Below are positions 24,301 through 37,240 of a stretch of DNA of 64,000 nt, one piece after another (position 1 is the stretch's first letter; each line of letters starts with the position of its first letter). The translations under genes were made by a program, and so were the position numbers. Source of the DNA: Macrostomum lignano (Eukaryota); assembly GCA_002269645.1 (NCBI GenBank), contig NIVC01003755.1, positions 14,610-78,609 on the forward strand, in the 5' to 3' direction. Below the pieces are notes generated by a model, which saw nothing but the letters and a program-made list of their open reading frames with translations, was not told the origin of the DNA and did not search any database.

Positions 24301-27300
24301 CACTCTGTGGGGTGACCAGGTGTGCAATAACAGTAGAATGCCTTCAATAACAGTAGGATGCCTTCAATAACAGTAGAATGCCTTCAATAACAGTAGGATG
24401 CCTTCAATAACAGCAGGATGCCTTCAATAACAGTAGGATGCCTTCAATAACAGTAGGATACCTTCAATAACAGTAGAATGCCTTCAATAACAGTAGGATG
24501 CCTTCAATAACAGTAGGATGCCTTCAATAACAGTAGAATGCCTTCAATAACAGTAGGATACCTTCAATAACAGTAGAATGCCTTCAATAACAGTAGGATA
24601 CCTTCAATAACAGTAGAATGCCTTCAATAACAGTAGGATGCCTTCAATAACAGTAGAATGCCTTCAATAACAGTAGAATGCCTTCAATAACAGTAGAATG
24701 CCTTCAATAACAGTAGGATACCTTCAATAACAGTAGAATGCCTTCAATAACAGTAGAATGCCTTCAATAAAAGTAGGATGCCTTCAATAACAGTAGGATG
24801 CCTTCAATAACAGTAGAATGCCTTCAATAAAAGTAGGATGCCTTCAATAACAGTAGGATGCCTTCAATAACAGTAGAATGCCTTCAATAAAAGTAGGATG
24901 CCTTCAATAACAGTAGAATGCCTTCAATAAAAGTAGGATGCCTTCAATAACAGTAGGATGCCTTCAATAACAGCAGGATGCCTTCAATAACAGCAGGATG
25001 CCTTCAATAACAGTAGGATGCCTTCAATAACAGTAGAATGCCTTCAATAACAGTAGGATGCCTTCAATAACAGTAGGATGCCTTCAATAACAGCAGGATG
25101 CCTTCAATAACAGCAGGATGCCTTCAATAACAGCAGGATGCCTTCAATAACAGTAGAATGCCTTCAATAACAGTAGGATGCCTTCAATAACAGTAGGATG
25201 CCTTCAATAACAGTAGAATGCCTTCAATAACAGTAGAATGCCTTCAATAACAGTAGGATGCCTTCAATAACAGTAGGATGCCTTCGATAAAGGTAGTATT
25301 GCCAGGCACTCTAAAAACAGCCAAGGAGCACAAGAGAAAAGTCCTCCGTATCTAATTATCTTGCGACTGCCTAAGGGCAAACAAAGCACATGCCCAGTTA
25401 CGCTGACAAATTAGCTGTCGCTAATAACACCTGCTAATTGATGACATTGCCTCTTCGGGGTCTATCCGAGGTTCTCAGTACAAAAAAATAGTGCTAAAAC
25501 AGAAGATGCAGACTCGGAGAATTCAGTCTGAGGATGATGATTCATTACTTACTTACAAAATTAGATAGGTGCTAATTAGTTTAATAACTAATTAGTAAAA
25601 ACTTATACATTATATTTTATTATTAGGCTAAAAAAGTGACATTACTTGTTTAAAATAAATTTTACTTTTTCTTTTTAAATCTTTTCTTCAGTTTAAAAAG
25701 CCATTGTCTTGCTTTTAGGAGGCTTGCTCTGGAGCGTTTCTTAGACATCGGGTGCCACTATGGCCGACATGCCGCCCCATCCAGTCAACATCCCGTACTT
25801 GCAGCGGAATGGCCGCGCCCACCAAGAGCAAAATCGTTTTTTTAATATTTGAATTGAACTCAAGCAACACGAAATATTCCCCTAGAGCTGCCTATAAGAG
25901 CTGTATGCACATCCTGCTGCAGCCACCGGGGCCAATCTCTGTCAACAAGACTCAACAACGCAGATACTTGCAAGTGTTTAAATTAAATAATTTCTCTGAT
26001 ACTAACGAGAGCAGCAGAGAAAGTAAACAGTTTGCCAGGGCTCAGGGTCTGACTATGTGTTGTCACAGAGTTTCGTTATAAAATAGTTCGCGCACCCAAA
26101 TACCAAAAGCCGGCGCTTACACAGCATTGAAAATGGTGCCCCAGATACCACAGTGGCGCTACCAGCATTCACAGTGGCGCTACCAGCATTCACAGTGGCG
26201 CTACCAGCATTCACAGTGGCGCGCTACCAGCATTCACAGTGGCGCGCTACCAGCATTCACAGTGGCGCGCTACCAGCATTCACAGTGGCGCGCTACCAGC
26301 ATTCACAGTGGCGCGCTACCAGCATTCACAGTGGCGCGCTACCAGCATTCACAGTGGCGCGCTACCAGCATTCACAGTGGCGCGCTACCAGCATTCACAG
26401 TGGCGCGCTACCAGCATTCACAGTGGCGCGCTACCAGCATTCACAGTGGCGCGCTACCAGCATTCACAGTGGCCCTACCAGCATTCACAGTAGCGCTGCC
26501 AGCATTCACAGTGGCGCTAACAGCATTCACAGTGGCGCTACCAGCATTCACAGTGGCACGCTACCAGTATTTACAGTGGTGCGCTACCAGCATTCACAGT
26601 GGCGCGCTACCAGCATTCACAGTGGCGCGCTACCAGCATTCACAGTGGCCCTACCAGCATTCACAGTAGCGCTGCCAGCATTCACAGTGGCGCTAACAGC
26701 ATTCACAGTGGCGCTACCAGCATTCACAGTGGCACGCTACCAGTATTTACAGTGGTGCGCTACCAGCATTCACAGTGGCGCGCTACCAGCATTCACAGTG
26801 GCGCGCTACCAGCATTCACAGTGGCCCTACCAGCATTCACAGTAGCGCTGCCAGCATTTACAGTGGCGCCCCCCCCAAATATCAACCGTCAGCGCTCCCA
26901 GCAAGCATAGCTCACCTTTGCTATTTCTCCAATGGGATCAATAATTCCATGAGAATAGGATGGCGTGCTGCCGACAAGCTGAAATGAGTAATACCACTAA
27001 TAATTTATGTCAGTTACCATTAAATTCAGCACAGTACATTACACATGCTGCCATCCATTACCATGCAGGTGTTCTTATTAATAGCTGACCGCATAGCCGC
27101 AACGTCCACTCGGCCATCCGGCTTAGATGGCACGTGAACAATTCGAATCCTCAGGTAGTGAGCGGCCTGAGCAGCGAGTTTATGAAATGAAACACAAGTT
27201 TGATAGGTGAGCTAGGCTGCATAGGTAAAAGGCGGCATACATTATTGCCTCGTCACCTTATTAGTGCCCTTGGCTAACCGGGGGGAGTTATCAATAAAAT

Positions 27301-30300
27301 CAAGGGTAAATCAAATCAAAGGGTGCATGCAAAATATTCACCTTATCAAACGCGGCATGAGCTGTGGTGGACACAATCCTGCAATGCATAAGCAACAAGT
27401 GAGAATTAAAACTAGATATTTAGACCTAAACAGAAGGATAAAGAGAGACTTTATCAAAACTACAGAATAGTAGGGCCTATTCCAGTATAGTCAGTAATAC
27501 ATGATTATAATTTAGAAATGCAAACAGACAGAGTCAACAGCCCTCAGTAAGCCGGCAGACGCTCAAAAAGGGGGCCGATCGAAAGACTTGAAGAGAAGAA
27601 AATTATATTTGAGCTCCCCTCAAGCGCTTATCTAATTAGACTGTCAGCCTTGGCATTGCAATGCATAATGGATGAGCACACAGTCTAGTGTACACACAAG
27701 TACGGATTGAAATTTGAAGCTTTCTGCTGCAATTCTTAAAAAAACTAATCATCATTTGACAGAGAGGGGTGGAGTTTCGGTTTTCCGAATATTCCCCAGC
27801 AAATTCCTGGATTATTCAGGATGTTAGCACCAAACATGGATAAGGAGGCCCTGAGAAGTCATCGCCATTTAATTACAAATGATAAACTTAAGTATTTCAG
27901 CACACTGTTTGAACATTTCCCTGGCTTGGACTAACGGCAGAGAAGCAGATTCAAGAATCAAGCGAGAGGAAAGAGAGGGCAGGAAAAGTGTAAGAACTGG
28001 TTTAGTGGGTGTGGGACAGAGGCAGGTTCAGTGAGTGTGGGACAGAGGCAGGTTCAGTGAGTGTGGGACAGAGGCAGGTTCAGTGAGTGTGGGACAGAGG
28101 CAGGTTCAGTGAGTGTGGGACAGAGGCAGGTTCAGTGGGTGTGGGACAGAGGCAGGTTCAGTGAGTGTGGGACAGAGGCAGGTTCAGTGAGTGTGGGACA
28201 GAGGCAGGTTCAGTGAGTGTGGGACAGAGGCAGGTTCAGTGAGTGTGGGACAGAGGCAGGTTCAGTGAGTGTGGGACAGAGGCAGGTTCAGTGAGTGTGG
28301 GACAGAGGCAGGTTCAGTGAGTGTGGGACAGAGGCAGGTTCAGTGAGTGTGGGACAGAGGCAGGTTCAGTGAGTGTGGGACAGAGGCAGGTTCAGTGAGT
28401 GTGGGACAGAGGCAGGTTCAGTGAGTGTGGGACAGAGGCAGGTTCAGTGAGTGTGGGACAGAGGCAGGTTCAGTGAGTGTGGGACAGAGGCAGGTTCAGT
28501 GAGTGTGGGACAGAGGCAGGTTCAGTGAGTGTGGGACAGAGGCAGGTTCAGTGAGTGTGGGACAGAGGCAGGTTCAGTGAGTGTGGGACAAACTTCTATA
28601 GTTGTAGGAAACGTCGACATGGTGAATAATTAAGTCTTTGGCTTTACTACTCCCTAAATAAGCGAGAAAGAGACTCAGAAAATATGGGGGTAAAGCCCGT
28701 ATACTCGTATTTTGAAAGGCCTAGAGCAAGGATTATAAACACTGGCCCCAGTTTAAGGCCAAAAAAGATCCGCAAATTGCGTGCCGCAAACGAGAGAAAA
28801 AAATGAAAGAAAGTTGCGAAAGGTGAGAGGCAGATGAAACCGAAACTTTATTTTTTCAACTCATAATTTCTATCTAAACTACAGTAGCAGCCTCAGCAGC
28901 TGCAGCCAGCTGCTCAAGCAAGCACTATTCGAAGCCTTACTCAAACTAGGATTGTAGCGACCGAGCTATATTATTCAGCAAGTCTTAGTTGCTCAAGTCT
29001 GCATTATAAACAGTTAAAGCAGATCCTGAGCTCTTTTCGGGTTCAGGTTCCAACTGGGTGAATGAAAACTCAAGAAAGTTCTCTAGAAAAGTTTTAATAT
29101 GATCCATCTGGAGGTTCTAAATTTCTGGATTGGAGCAGCTGGGTTGGTTTCTGGGGTTAAATGCTACAAGAAATAGGCGCTCAATTATCTAAATTTAAAA
29201 ATAAACTTAAATGGGTTCTATTGGCTACTCTCATGCGGTTCTATGGGTGATTCGATTAGCTATTCTCATGGGTTCTATGGGTGATTCGATTAGCTATTCT
29301 CATGGGTTCTATGGGCGATTCGATTAGCTATTCTCATGGGTTCTATGGGTGATTCGATTAGCTATTCTCATGGGTTTCTATGGGTGATTCGATTAGCTAT
29401 TCTCATGGGTTCTATGGGCGATTCGATTAGCTATTCTCATGGGTTCTATGGGCGATTCGATTAGCTATTCTCATGGGTTCTATGGGTGATTCGATTAGCT
29501 ATTCTCATGGGTTTCTATGGGTGATTCGATTAGCTATTCTCATGGGTTCTATGGGCGATTCGATTAGCTATTCTCATGGGTTCTATGGGTGATTCGATTA
29601 GCTATTCTCATGGGTTTCTATGGGCGATTCGATTAGCTATTCTCATGGGTTCTATGGGTGATTCGATTAGCTATTCTCATGGGTTCTATGGGTGATTCGA
29701 TTAGCTATTCTCATGGGTTCTATGGGTGATTCGATTAGCTATTCTCATGGGTTTCTATGGGCGATTCGATTAGCTATTCTCATGGGTTCTATGGGTGATT
29801 CGATTAGCTATTCTCATGGGTTTCTATGGGCGATTCGATTAGCTATTCTCATGTGTTCTATGGGTGATTCGATTAGCTATTCTCATGGGTTCTATGGGTG
29901 ATTCGATTAGCTATTCTCATGGGTTCTATGGGTGATTCGATTAGCTATTCTCATGGGTTTCTATGGGCGATTCGATTAGCTATTCTCATGGGTTCTATGG
30001 GCGATTCTCATGGGTTCTATGGGCGATTCTCATGGGTTCTATGGGCATTCTCATGGGTTCTATGGGCGATTCTCTTGGGTTCTATGGGCATTCTCATGGG
30101 TTCTATGGGCGATTCTCATGGGTTCTATGGGCATTCTCATGGGTTCTATGGGCATTCTCATGGGTTCTATGGGCGATTCTCATGGGTTCTATGGGCGATT
30201 CTCATGGGTTCTATGGGCGATTCTCATGGGTTCTATAGGCGATTCTCATGGGTTCTATGGGCGATTCTCGCGCGTGGGTTGTCCGAGCGAAGCATTAAAA

Positions 30301-33300
30301 TTTTATTTACATCAGCATCAGTCCTACATTGCGCTGGACAACCCTATTTCATGGACTTTCATAAGTAATTTTCATAGAGCTCTAGGGGGATTTAGGTGGA
30401 AATTTGCTGATTCAAATACCAGGGCAACTCTGAAAAAAAAAGCTACAGACTAAAGCACTGTTTATTCCATAAAATAATAAATTAAAATAAATTGCCTCTG
30501 TATGTTCGAGCTCACATTTGCGGATAACGAATGCCCTTGTCGAAAGCCAGGTTTCGGTAAGCGAGACAAGCCATCAGGATGCTCTCGGTGCCTCCTGAGG
30601 TTGTCTGAAAATATTATTTAGGAATGGCATGACAAATTATTTAGCTGTCGTATTAAAGTTAATCTGAACGTGCCAAACAATGATTAATCCGCGTTTCACG
30701 GATCACGCAAAGTGAAATTCTCTGGGAACTATTAACATTTTATGCCACTAAAAAGTGTGAAGTGCCGCTCAGAAAAATATGCTTGAAATTTAACGGAAGT
30801 CAACCGTCACGCTTGCAGTCGAATCGCGTGGTGGGTTCTGGGCTGCGATCTTTGACTAACTTGATCTATCGAGTGTGGCTTTTATTATCTAATTTATTAG
30901 TTTAAATATGCTTTCTGTGAGATCCTCAAGACTATAATTTTTGTGCCGAAAATCTTAAGTATGAGCCAAATGTAAGCTAGTCTAGATCTTATTCTAAATA
31001 AAGACACCCTTCTGCATATAAAGACACCCAGCTCCCATACTAAAGACACCCAGCTCCCATACTAAAGACACCCATCTGCATATAAAGAAACCCAGCTGCC
31101 ATACTAAAGACACCCTTCTGCATATAAAGACACCCTTCTGCATATAAAGACACCCAGCTCCCATACTAAAAACACCCAGCTCCCATACTAAAGACACCCT
31201 TCTGCATATAAAGACACCCAGCTGCCATACTAAAGACACCCTTCTGCATATAGACACCCAGCTGCCATACTAAAGACACCCAACTCCCATACTAAAGACA
31301 CCCAGCTGCTATACTAAAGACACCCAACTCCCATACTAAAGACACCCAACTCCCATACTAAAGACACCCAACTCCCATACTAAAGACACCCAGCTGCCAT
31401 ACTAAAGACACCCAGCTGCCATACTAAAGACACCCAGCTGCCATACTAAAGACACCCAGCTGCCATACTAAAGACACTCAACTCCCATACTAAAGACACC
31501 CAGCTGCCATACTAAAGACACCCAACTCCCATACTAAAGACACCCAGCTCACATACTAAAAACAAGTTACAGTGACAGTCCCGACTTACTACTCAGATGT
31601 GAGTGAGTAGTTACGCATGAAAAATAATTAAAATTTATCATTGGAGCTTCCATTTTTGCCGGGAAATTCGGTAGAAAATGCGTGAAGTGTTTCAGTTGAG
31701 AAAGTGAAACTTTCATCGAGCGCAGAAAGACACAGAAAGATAAGGACTGTAAGGACTAAGAAGAGCATGCCGCAGGTTTTAGGCTTCTAACCAGATAAAA
31801 TTGACAAAGACAGACAGAAACGCAAGCAGAGTTTGCCCGAAACCTACTAAGAAAATTTCGGGCCCAGTGACGCAGGACGAACCAAATTAGTTGCGTTTTA
31901 GTGCGGTCTGCCTCTGTCCAGTTTACTGTAATGACATTATTAACTAAAGCGCTTGCTTGCACTGAGCGAAATTTTCATTTAAGGTTAAAGCAGTTTGCGC
32001 CAGCACAAATATAGAAAACAGTGCATGCTGTTCATTGCGCTATAACGACTTTGATGACAACATAAAATAACGCGTAAAACATAAAATAATGACCAACAAA
32101 AATCTACCCCATACCTACCTCAGCCTCAGTTTAATCACAGGTCTGAATGGCCCAAAAATCAATAAACTCCTACTTCTACCCCATCCCACGAGCCGCTGTC
32201 CAATCACAGGTCCTGGCTGGCCCAATAATCAATAAACTTATACCCCATCCCACGAGCCGCTGTCCAATCATAGGTTCTGGCTGGCCCAATAATCCATAAA
32301 CTTATACCCCATCCCACGAGCCGCTGTCCAATCACAGGTCCTGGCTGGCCCAATAATCAATAAACTTCTACCCCATCCCACGAGCCGCTGTCCAATCATA
32401 GGTTCTGGCTGGCCCAATAATCCATAAACTTATACCCCATCCCACGAGCCGCTGCCCAATCACAGGTACTGGCTGACTCAATAATCAATAAACTTCTAGC
32501 CCATCACAAGAGCCGCTGTCCAATCACAGGTGACTCACTAGGTGGGTCTAGAGACTTGAATAAATCAAACGGAGCTTTCACTCACGCATCCGCAAGCCTC
32601 CTCGTCACCGTTGAACAGTTGACAAGTCATGCTGACCACCTCGGCCTCCATGCGGCGCACATCGTTAAATACTTCCGGATGGAGCGGATTGGTCCAGGCG
32701 AACTCTTTATATACCTGGGCGATTGTTTACAGAGTAGAATTTCATAAACTGCTTATAGATAGACAGAACCCAAACACTAAGGTAGTAACACAAATTCTAG
32801 ACCTAGCAGCTGCCTCACCTTTGCGTTCAAATCGGTGAGCTCCTCGCCGCCGTGATAGACGGTGCCAGAGACGGAGCCGTTGGTCCAATTCACCGAGGCA
32901 GCTTTGTAGTCGGCAGCCACAGCCATGACCTCCGCCTGTGGAGATTAGAATTGGCACACAGGGATTATCTATATATGAATTAAATCATCAAAATTTTTCC
33001 TATCTGACGAGTACTGACTTACTGGAGTCATAGACTTCTTTGGTAGCTCCTTGAACACCGGATGCTTAGAACTCGAGTGGCCAGCTTCGAATGCCTTCTT
33101 TACCTCTACAACCGACTCGCGCTTCTTTGCCTGTATCTGCTTTTTCACCGGCGGCAGCGATTTCACGAATTTAAAGAAGGACGTCCGCATTCGCTCCAAC
33201 AAAGCTGCGTGGGCGGTTGAAAAAATGATTAATTGATAGATGAATTATGAATTGAATCCCAGGTGACACTCAGCAGCTACTTATAGAATTCCAGGTGACA

Positions 33301-33710
33301 CTCAGCTGCTACTTATAGAATCCCAGGTGACACTCAGCAGCTACTTATAGAATCCCAGGTGACACTCAGCAGCTACTTATAGAATCCCAGGTGACACTCA
33401 GCAGCTACTTATAGAATCCCAGGTGACACTCAGCAGCTACTTATAGAATCTCAGGTGACACTCAGCAGCTACTTATAGAATCTCAGGTGACACTCAGAAG
33501 CTAGTATTTTAAAACAAGTAACAAAAGAAATTTTGTAATAAACTCACTATACTCAGGGTCACAGAGAAAGTTAATGATGCTGCAAAGTAAAACTGTGGCC
33601 CCAAAAGTTATAAGACACACTGAAGCAGCATCCATTCCAGCAAATGATGCATTAGTGAAGCTTCTAGCATCCTCTAAGGCAAGCTTCATATAGTCGAGAA
33701 TTGGGTCCAT
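15317..33710 (-). CDS. SGPL1: Sphingosine-1-phosphate lyase, 14 coding exons, ~543 aa
   Basis: Exons, all with GT-AG introns and consistent phase: 33548-33710, 33023-33204, 32819-32935, 32586-32714, 30516-30604, 27342-27378, 27062-27166, 26916-26978, 18503-18649, 17997-18117, 17798-17915, 17123-17269, 16209-16329, 15317-15409 (1632 nt). Motifs: N-terminal TM segment, [44 protein letters not shown] (PLP lysine), GAIYGTAQ. Confidence 0.95.
15447..16144. repeat. ~31-bp minisatellite in SGPL1 intron 13
   Basis: Unit CCCTGCTGTGTCCCTCACCGACTGTAGCAAC. Confidence 0.95.
17327..17785. repeat. 36-bp minisatellite in SGPL1 intron 11
   Basis: Unit AATGAGAGCACCGAGGATCCATGGGGTGCAGAGGGG. Confidence 0.95.
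18180..18495. repeat. 42-44 bp minisatellite in SGPL1 intron 9
   Basis: Unit GAGTGAGGTGGGTCGCTGTGTACATTTGGATTCTCTGACTTCGG. Confidence 0.93.
20259..20418. mobile_element. MITE-like hairpin with ~59-bp inverted arms, abutting the Crypton left end
   Basis: AGACGAAGGTCGGAACTCAGGATAATGGGTGGGGGCAC...TTCAGCAAC is mirrored by GTTGCTGAA...GTGCCCCCACCCATTATCCTGAGTTCCGACCTTTGTCT. GTCTATGG lies in the loop, and TA flanks both sides. Confidence 0.75.
20439..22439 (+). mobile_element. Crypton-type tyrosine-recombinase DNA transposon in SGPL1 intron 8 (antisense to host)
   Basis: Encodes a DUF3504/Crypton-like recombinase. Bounded by the direct repeat TACCATAGACAAAA(T/C)ATT at 20439-20456 and 22422-22439. 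Three subterminal GGACATTATCCA repeats lie at ~22315-22360. The boundaries are inferred from the direct repeat. Confidence 0.75.
20593..22179 (+). CDS. Tyrosine recombinase (Crypton/DUF3504-like), 2 exons, ~496 aa
   Basis: Exon 1 is 20593-21704, followed by a GC-AG intron (21705-21800, AG|GCAAAT...TTTTAG), then exon 2 at 21801-22179. Splicing restores [38 protein letters not shown]. Other motifs: [35 protein letters not shown]. Confidence 0.85.
24325..25285. repeat. 20-bp minisatellite (CCTTCAATAACAGTAGRATG) in SGPL1 intron 8
   Basis: Visible tandem array. Confidence 0.97.
26148..26868. repeat. 19-21 bp minisatellite (GCTACCAGCATTCACAGTGGC) in SGPL1 intron 8
   Basis: Visible tandem array with a 176-bp higher-order duplication. 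Confidence 0.95.
28003..28590. repeat. 26-bp minisatellite (GTGGGACAGAGGCAGGTTCAGTGAGT) in SGPL1 intron 5
   Basis: Nearly homogeneous tandem array. Confidence 0.97.
29222..30268. repeat. 34/35-bp minisatellite switching to a 21/22-bp subunit, SGPL1 intron 5
   Basis: CTATTCTCATGGGTTCTATGGGTGATTCGATTAG, then GCGATTCTCATGGGTTCTATGG from ~30000. Confidence 0.95.
30998..31560. repeat. 20/22-bp minisatellite in SGPL1 intron 4
   Basis: Units AAAGACACCCAGCTCCCATACT and AAAGACACCCTTCTGCATAT. Confidence 0.93.
32130..32530. repeat. 64-bp tandem repeat in SGPL1 intron 4
   Basis: CCATCCCACGAGCCGCTGTCCAATC recurs at 32181, 32245, 32309 and onward. Confidence 0.9.
33255..33500. repeat. 32-bp minisatellite in SGPL1 intron 1
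   Basis: Unit GAATCCCAGGTGACACTCAGCAGCTACTTATA. Confidence 0.93.
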
Positions 33711-35858
33711 CTTAGTATTTGAGTTCAAATCATGAACAAAAAACCAGTAAGAGAAGTGCTTAAGAGGTTAATTATAGATTAGTAATGGAACTAAAATTGA
33801 ATAGACATACTAGTATATAATCTTTAGCATTTATAATTAAAACTTCTCTTTGAATTTATACTCTAATCCAAAATAAGAAGCTTATTTACTGATTATACAG
33901 TATTTAGGAAAAACTAGATTAGGCTTAGAGTATTATAAAAGCATAATAATGGAATTTTTTTCTAATATTGTTGTTTATTAAACTTGTAGGTTTAATATAA
34001 ATATCATATTTAGGAGCCTGCATAGGCATTAATATTTTGTTGATTTAATTATAATAGGTCTAATTTATATTTGAAAACTAATATTTATTACCATTAGGCC
34101 TAGGTCTAACCAATTTATTTATATTATTTACTTTGAGCCTAGCTAAAAAACCTTTAGGCCTATATTAGATTTAAAAAACTATAGACTATTAGATCATATC
34201 ATTTTTATTTACTCATTTAATCCCAAGTTTTATAGGGCCTTATCAAGCTATATAAGCAATAAAACATATATAGACATTAGGCCTAGTTATATAGCACATC
34301 AATTGACAATAATATGGTTTTTTAATTACATATTATAGCCTAGGTTTAGTATATTAAACTTAAACCTTAGGCTAAGAATAAGATAGGGACTAAGCCTAGG
34401 CTATCCAGTGTAAGACCAAGACTACCACATATCAAGACCACTATACTTGGGGGAGACAGGGAAGAATTTGGCTCAATGTGTTATTGGATTGTGCTAGAGA
34501 AGAGATGAGTGGGTAGGAGAGCTAGTAGGACAAGGCTACAAAAGAGGAACCTATGAGAGGAATAGCAATGCTAGAAGATTAGTAGCTTCTCCTTAATACT
34601 AGTAACCAGTAATAGCTGTGGTAGTCTTAGTGTATGGCAGTCTTAGTCATATGCTAACTATCCTTAGAATAGAGACTTTTTCAACTTTATGTAGGCCTAT
34701 ATAAATTAATACTAATAGCAATTTTAATAAGATCTTCATTTTATTTCTATAGGGTTATAAGTATCAGGGGTATTTGATAGTTTCTATAGCTATAGAAACT
34801 TGAAAGACAATATCAATAGGTGCATAGGTATAGAAATAAAAAGACAAATTGATTTAATACAGATTATAGGCCTAATGACTAGGGATTAATTAGCCTAGGT
34901 CAATTTAGGAGTCTATTATGCCTAGTTATACTTATAGCTATAGGCCTAATTCCAACATAGATGGCCTATGCTATGGCTTAAAATGTCTATGTTGACTATG
35001 TATATATGGCCTAGGCCTTAGGCCCAGGCTACTTGTCTGTCAGACAGACTAGTCTTGTCTTGTCTAGTCTTTATTAATTGGATTTGCTAATTGGATTAAC
35101 TATTTTGGATTAGCTAAGCTTCTTGAGGCTTTGAATTAAAATAGGCCTACTCGTACTTCTGCCTGGTGCATTATTTTAAGTTTAGGGGCCTAGGATACTA
35201 CCTAGGAACTTGTAGCATTAGGCACTTTCCAAACTGGCTGGATCCAGTTTTATCACACGAACATTGTCGGCCTATATGCACAATACGCATGACGCATTCA
35301 CGTAGCCTAGCACTATTCCTACATTTTTATACGCGAATCAACCAGTTTAATCGAGGCTTGCTGCACTATGTAGCTACTAAGTACTTAGTGATTCGAAATT
35401 CTAAATAACATAGAAAGTGTTTTGTCCTGTACGGAAATCATAAGAGGTGGCTGATTGCTATAACATATAGTAGCAATACATAGCAAAGATAGCAAATAGC
35501 CTACATAGCAAAAGGCAAGGCGGAAATCAGCTGATTTGTGTTGATCTCGTGGCTCTTAGACTTTGGCTTCTTGGAAATTTTAACGAACCTGAAGTATGTT
35601 CTGGTTATAACTTTTTAATTTCATTTGATTCGTAAATAATAGACTTATGTTAAGATCTTAGATTGTCCGTACAGTCAGAAAAATGTTAATTTTTTTCATC
35701 CAGAAATCAGTGCCAGTAATCAACATTTCCCAGATCTCCAGCCCCCCCCCCCCCAGTGACGCAAAATTCACAACCCGCGTCACCTCTAAACTGTTGGTAA
35801 TGCAATTTGCGTCACAAGTCTCTATAGCTTCGGCTTGTAAGGAGAGAGGGGAGCACGA

Positions 35859-36170
35859 GAGTCGCCTGTAGACGATTTGCCCGCTGGAGACTTTCCCGTC
35901 GGGGGGGGGGGGAGGCTGCAGACAGGATCTCTGAGGCGTGGCAAAATGCACTGCAGTAAAAAAAGAATTGCGGGCAAACCTCGGCAAGAAAAAGCTCGGT
36001 GGGCAATTCACTCGCAGGCAAATTGCACTGCGGGCAAATCTCGGCAGGCAATTCTCGGCGGGAAAGCTCGACGGGCGATTCACTCGCGGGCAAAATGCAC
36101 TGCGGGAAAATCTCAACGGGCAAATCTCCTGCGGGCATCTCGGCGGGCAATTTGTCTGCGGGCAATTCTC
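35859..36170. mobile_element. Foldback/MITE-like element with degenerate CGGGCAAAT subrepeats
   Basis: The left end GAGTCGCCTGTAGACGATTTGCCCGC is an imperfect inverse of the right end GCGGGCAATTTGTCTGCGGGCAATTCTC. Many internal GCGGGCAA motifs. Confidence 0.5.
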
Positions 36171-36213
36171 ATGGACCCAAAAATGATAAAATGGATTCAT
36201 ATACTGTAGAACC

Positions 36214-36462
36214 TGTTCTGTTGTGGAATTAACGAACGCAGAAACAAGATAGATAATTATCCGGGCGCTCAGTGGCACCAAAAGAAGGGGTTGGCCAATA
36301 GGAGGGCGGCTCGTATATTTATGCACGCGGGGAAGGAAAGTTCTAGAAAGACCGGGGAAGGAAACTTCTGGAACTATGCGTAAACAAGTCCGCGGTGGAA
36401 GTTTCTAGAAACGCTGTCCCCGAACTACCCCTACGCCTCGCATGCCTTTGCAATACACAACA
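36214..36462 (-). repeat. 3' LTR
   Basis: Identical by eye to 38636-38884. Contains a TATA-like ATAAATATA on the element strand. Confidence 0.95.
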
Positions 36463-36510
36463 TTCTTCCCCTCCTTCAAGGAGTCCAACAGTCCCCAAGC
36501 TTCACTTTAA

Positions 36511-37240
36511 TCAGTCCCAGCGGCAGTTCATGAAGCGTATCGGCGGGTGCCTGGCTCGCTCAGATCGGCGGGGCGCTGCTGTTCTTGCCGGAGGCTCCGC
36601 CGCCGGTGCCGCCGGTGCCGCCGTGCCGGCTCCGGTCGTTGGCGCCGAGTCCACCAGTGGGTCGAACCGCTCTCTCGGCTGCGCCGGGTGCGGTGTTCGG
36701 ATCAGCCGCTGCTGGTTCCATCTGGTGCCGTCGCTGAGCTCGACCGCGTGGTGTCCCGCCTGACGGAGCACTTGTAGTGGCCGTGAGAGGCGGGTACCCA
36801 GCTTGCCCTTCTTGGTGGGCCGTCGGATTCTCACCCAATCGCCGGGGTGGAACGTCTCGGGGCGGGCCCTTCGTCTGGCATCGGTGTAGGCCTTGATCCG
36901 CTGCTGCCGCGCCTCGATTTGCTGCCGCAGTGCCTGAGGCGTCGCCTCGGTCATTGTCATTCCCCCTCCGGGAGACAGCATGGTGATCGCGGTGCGCCAC
37001 TTCCGACCCAGCATGAGCTCGGCCGGTGACTTGCCCGTCAGGCTGTGCTTGGAGCTCCGGTAGGCAGACAAGAAGTTGGTCACGGCGTCTTGAAACGGCC
37101 TGTTCTCCACCATGGCCGCTCTGATGCTGGCGAGTAGCGACCGATTGAGACGCTCCGTCTGGCCGTTGGTCTGCGGATGGTAGAGGCTGGTCTTGACGTG
37201 CCGGATGCCCTGCTCGGCCAAGAAGTCCGAGAACTCGCTC
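36511..37240 (-). pseudogene. Integrase C-terminal fragment
   Basis: SEFSDFLAEQGIRHVKTSLYHPQTNGQTERLNR ... FLSAYRSSKHSLTGKSPAELMLGR ... GDWVRIRR, followed by a GPY/F-like region. Confidence 0.9.

Noticed and set aside
24325-28590. CRISPR-like appearance of the regular arrays
   Set aside because: The units are contiguous with no unique spacers, there are no cas genes, and the context is eukaryotic introns.
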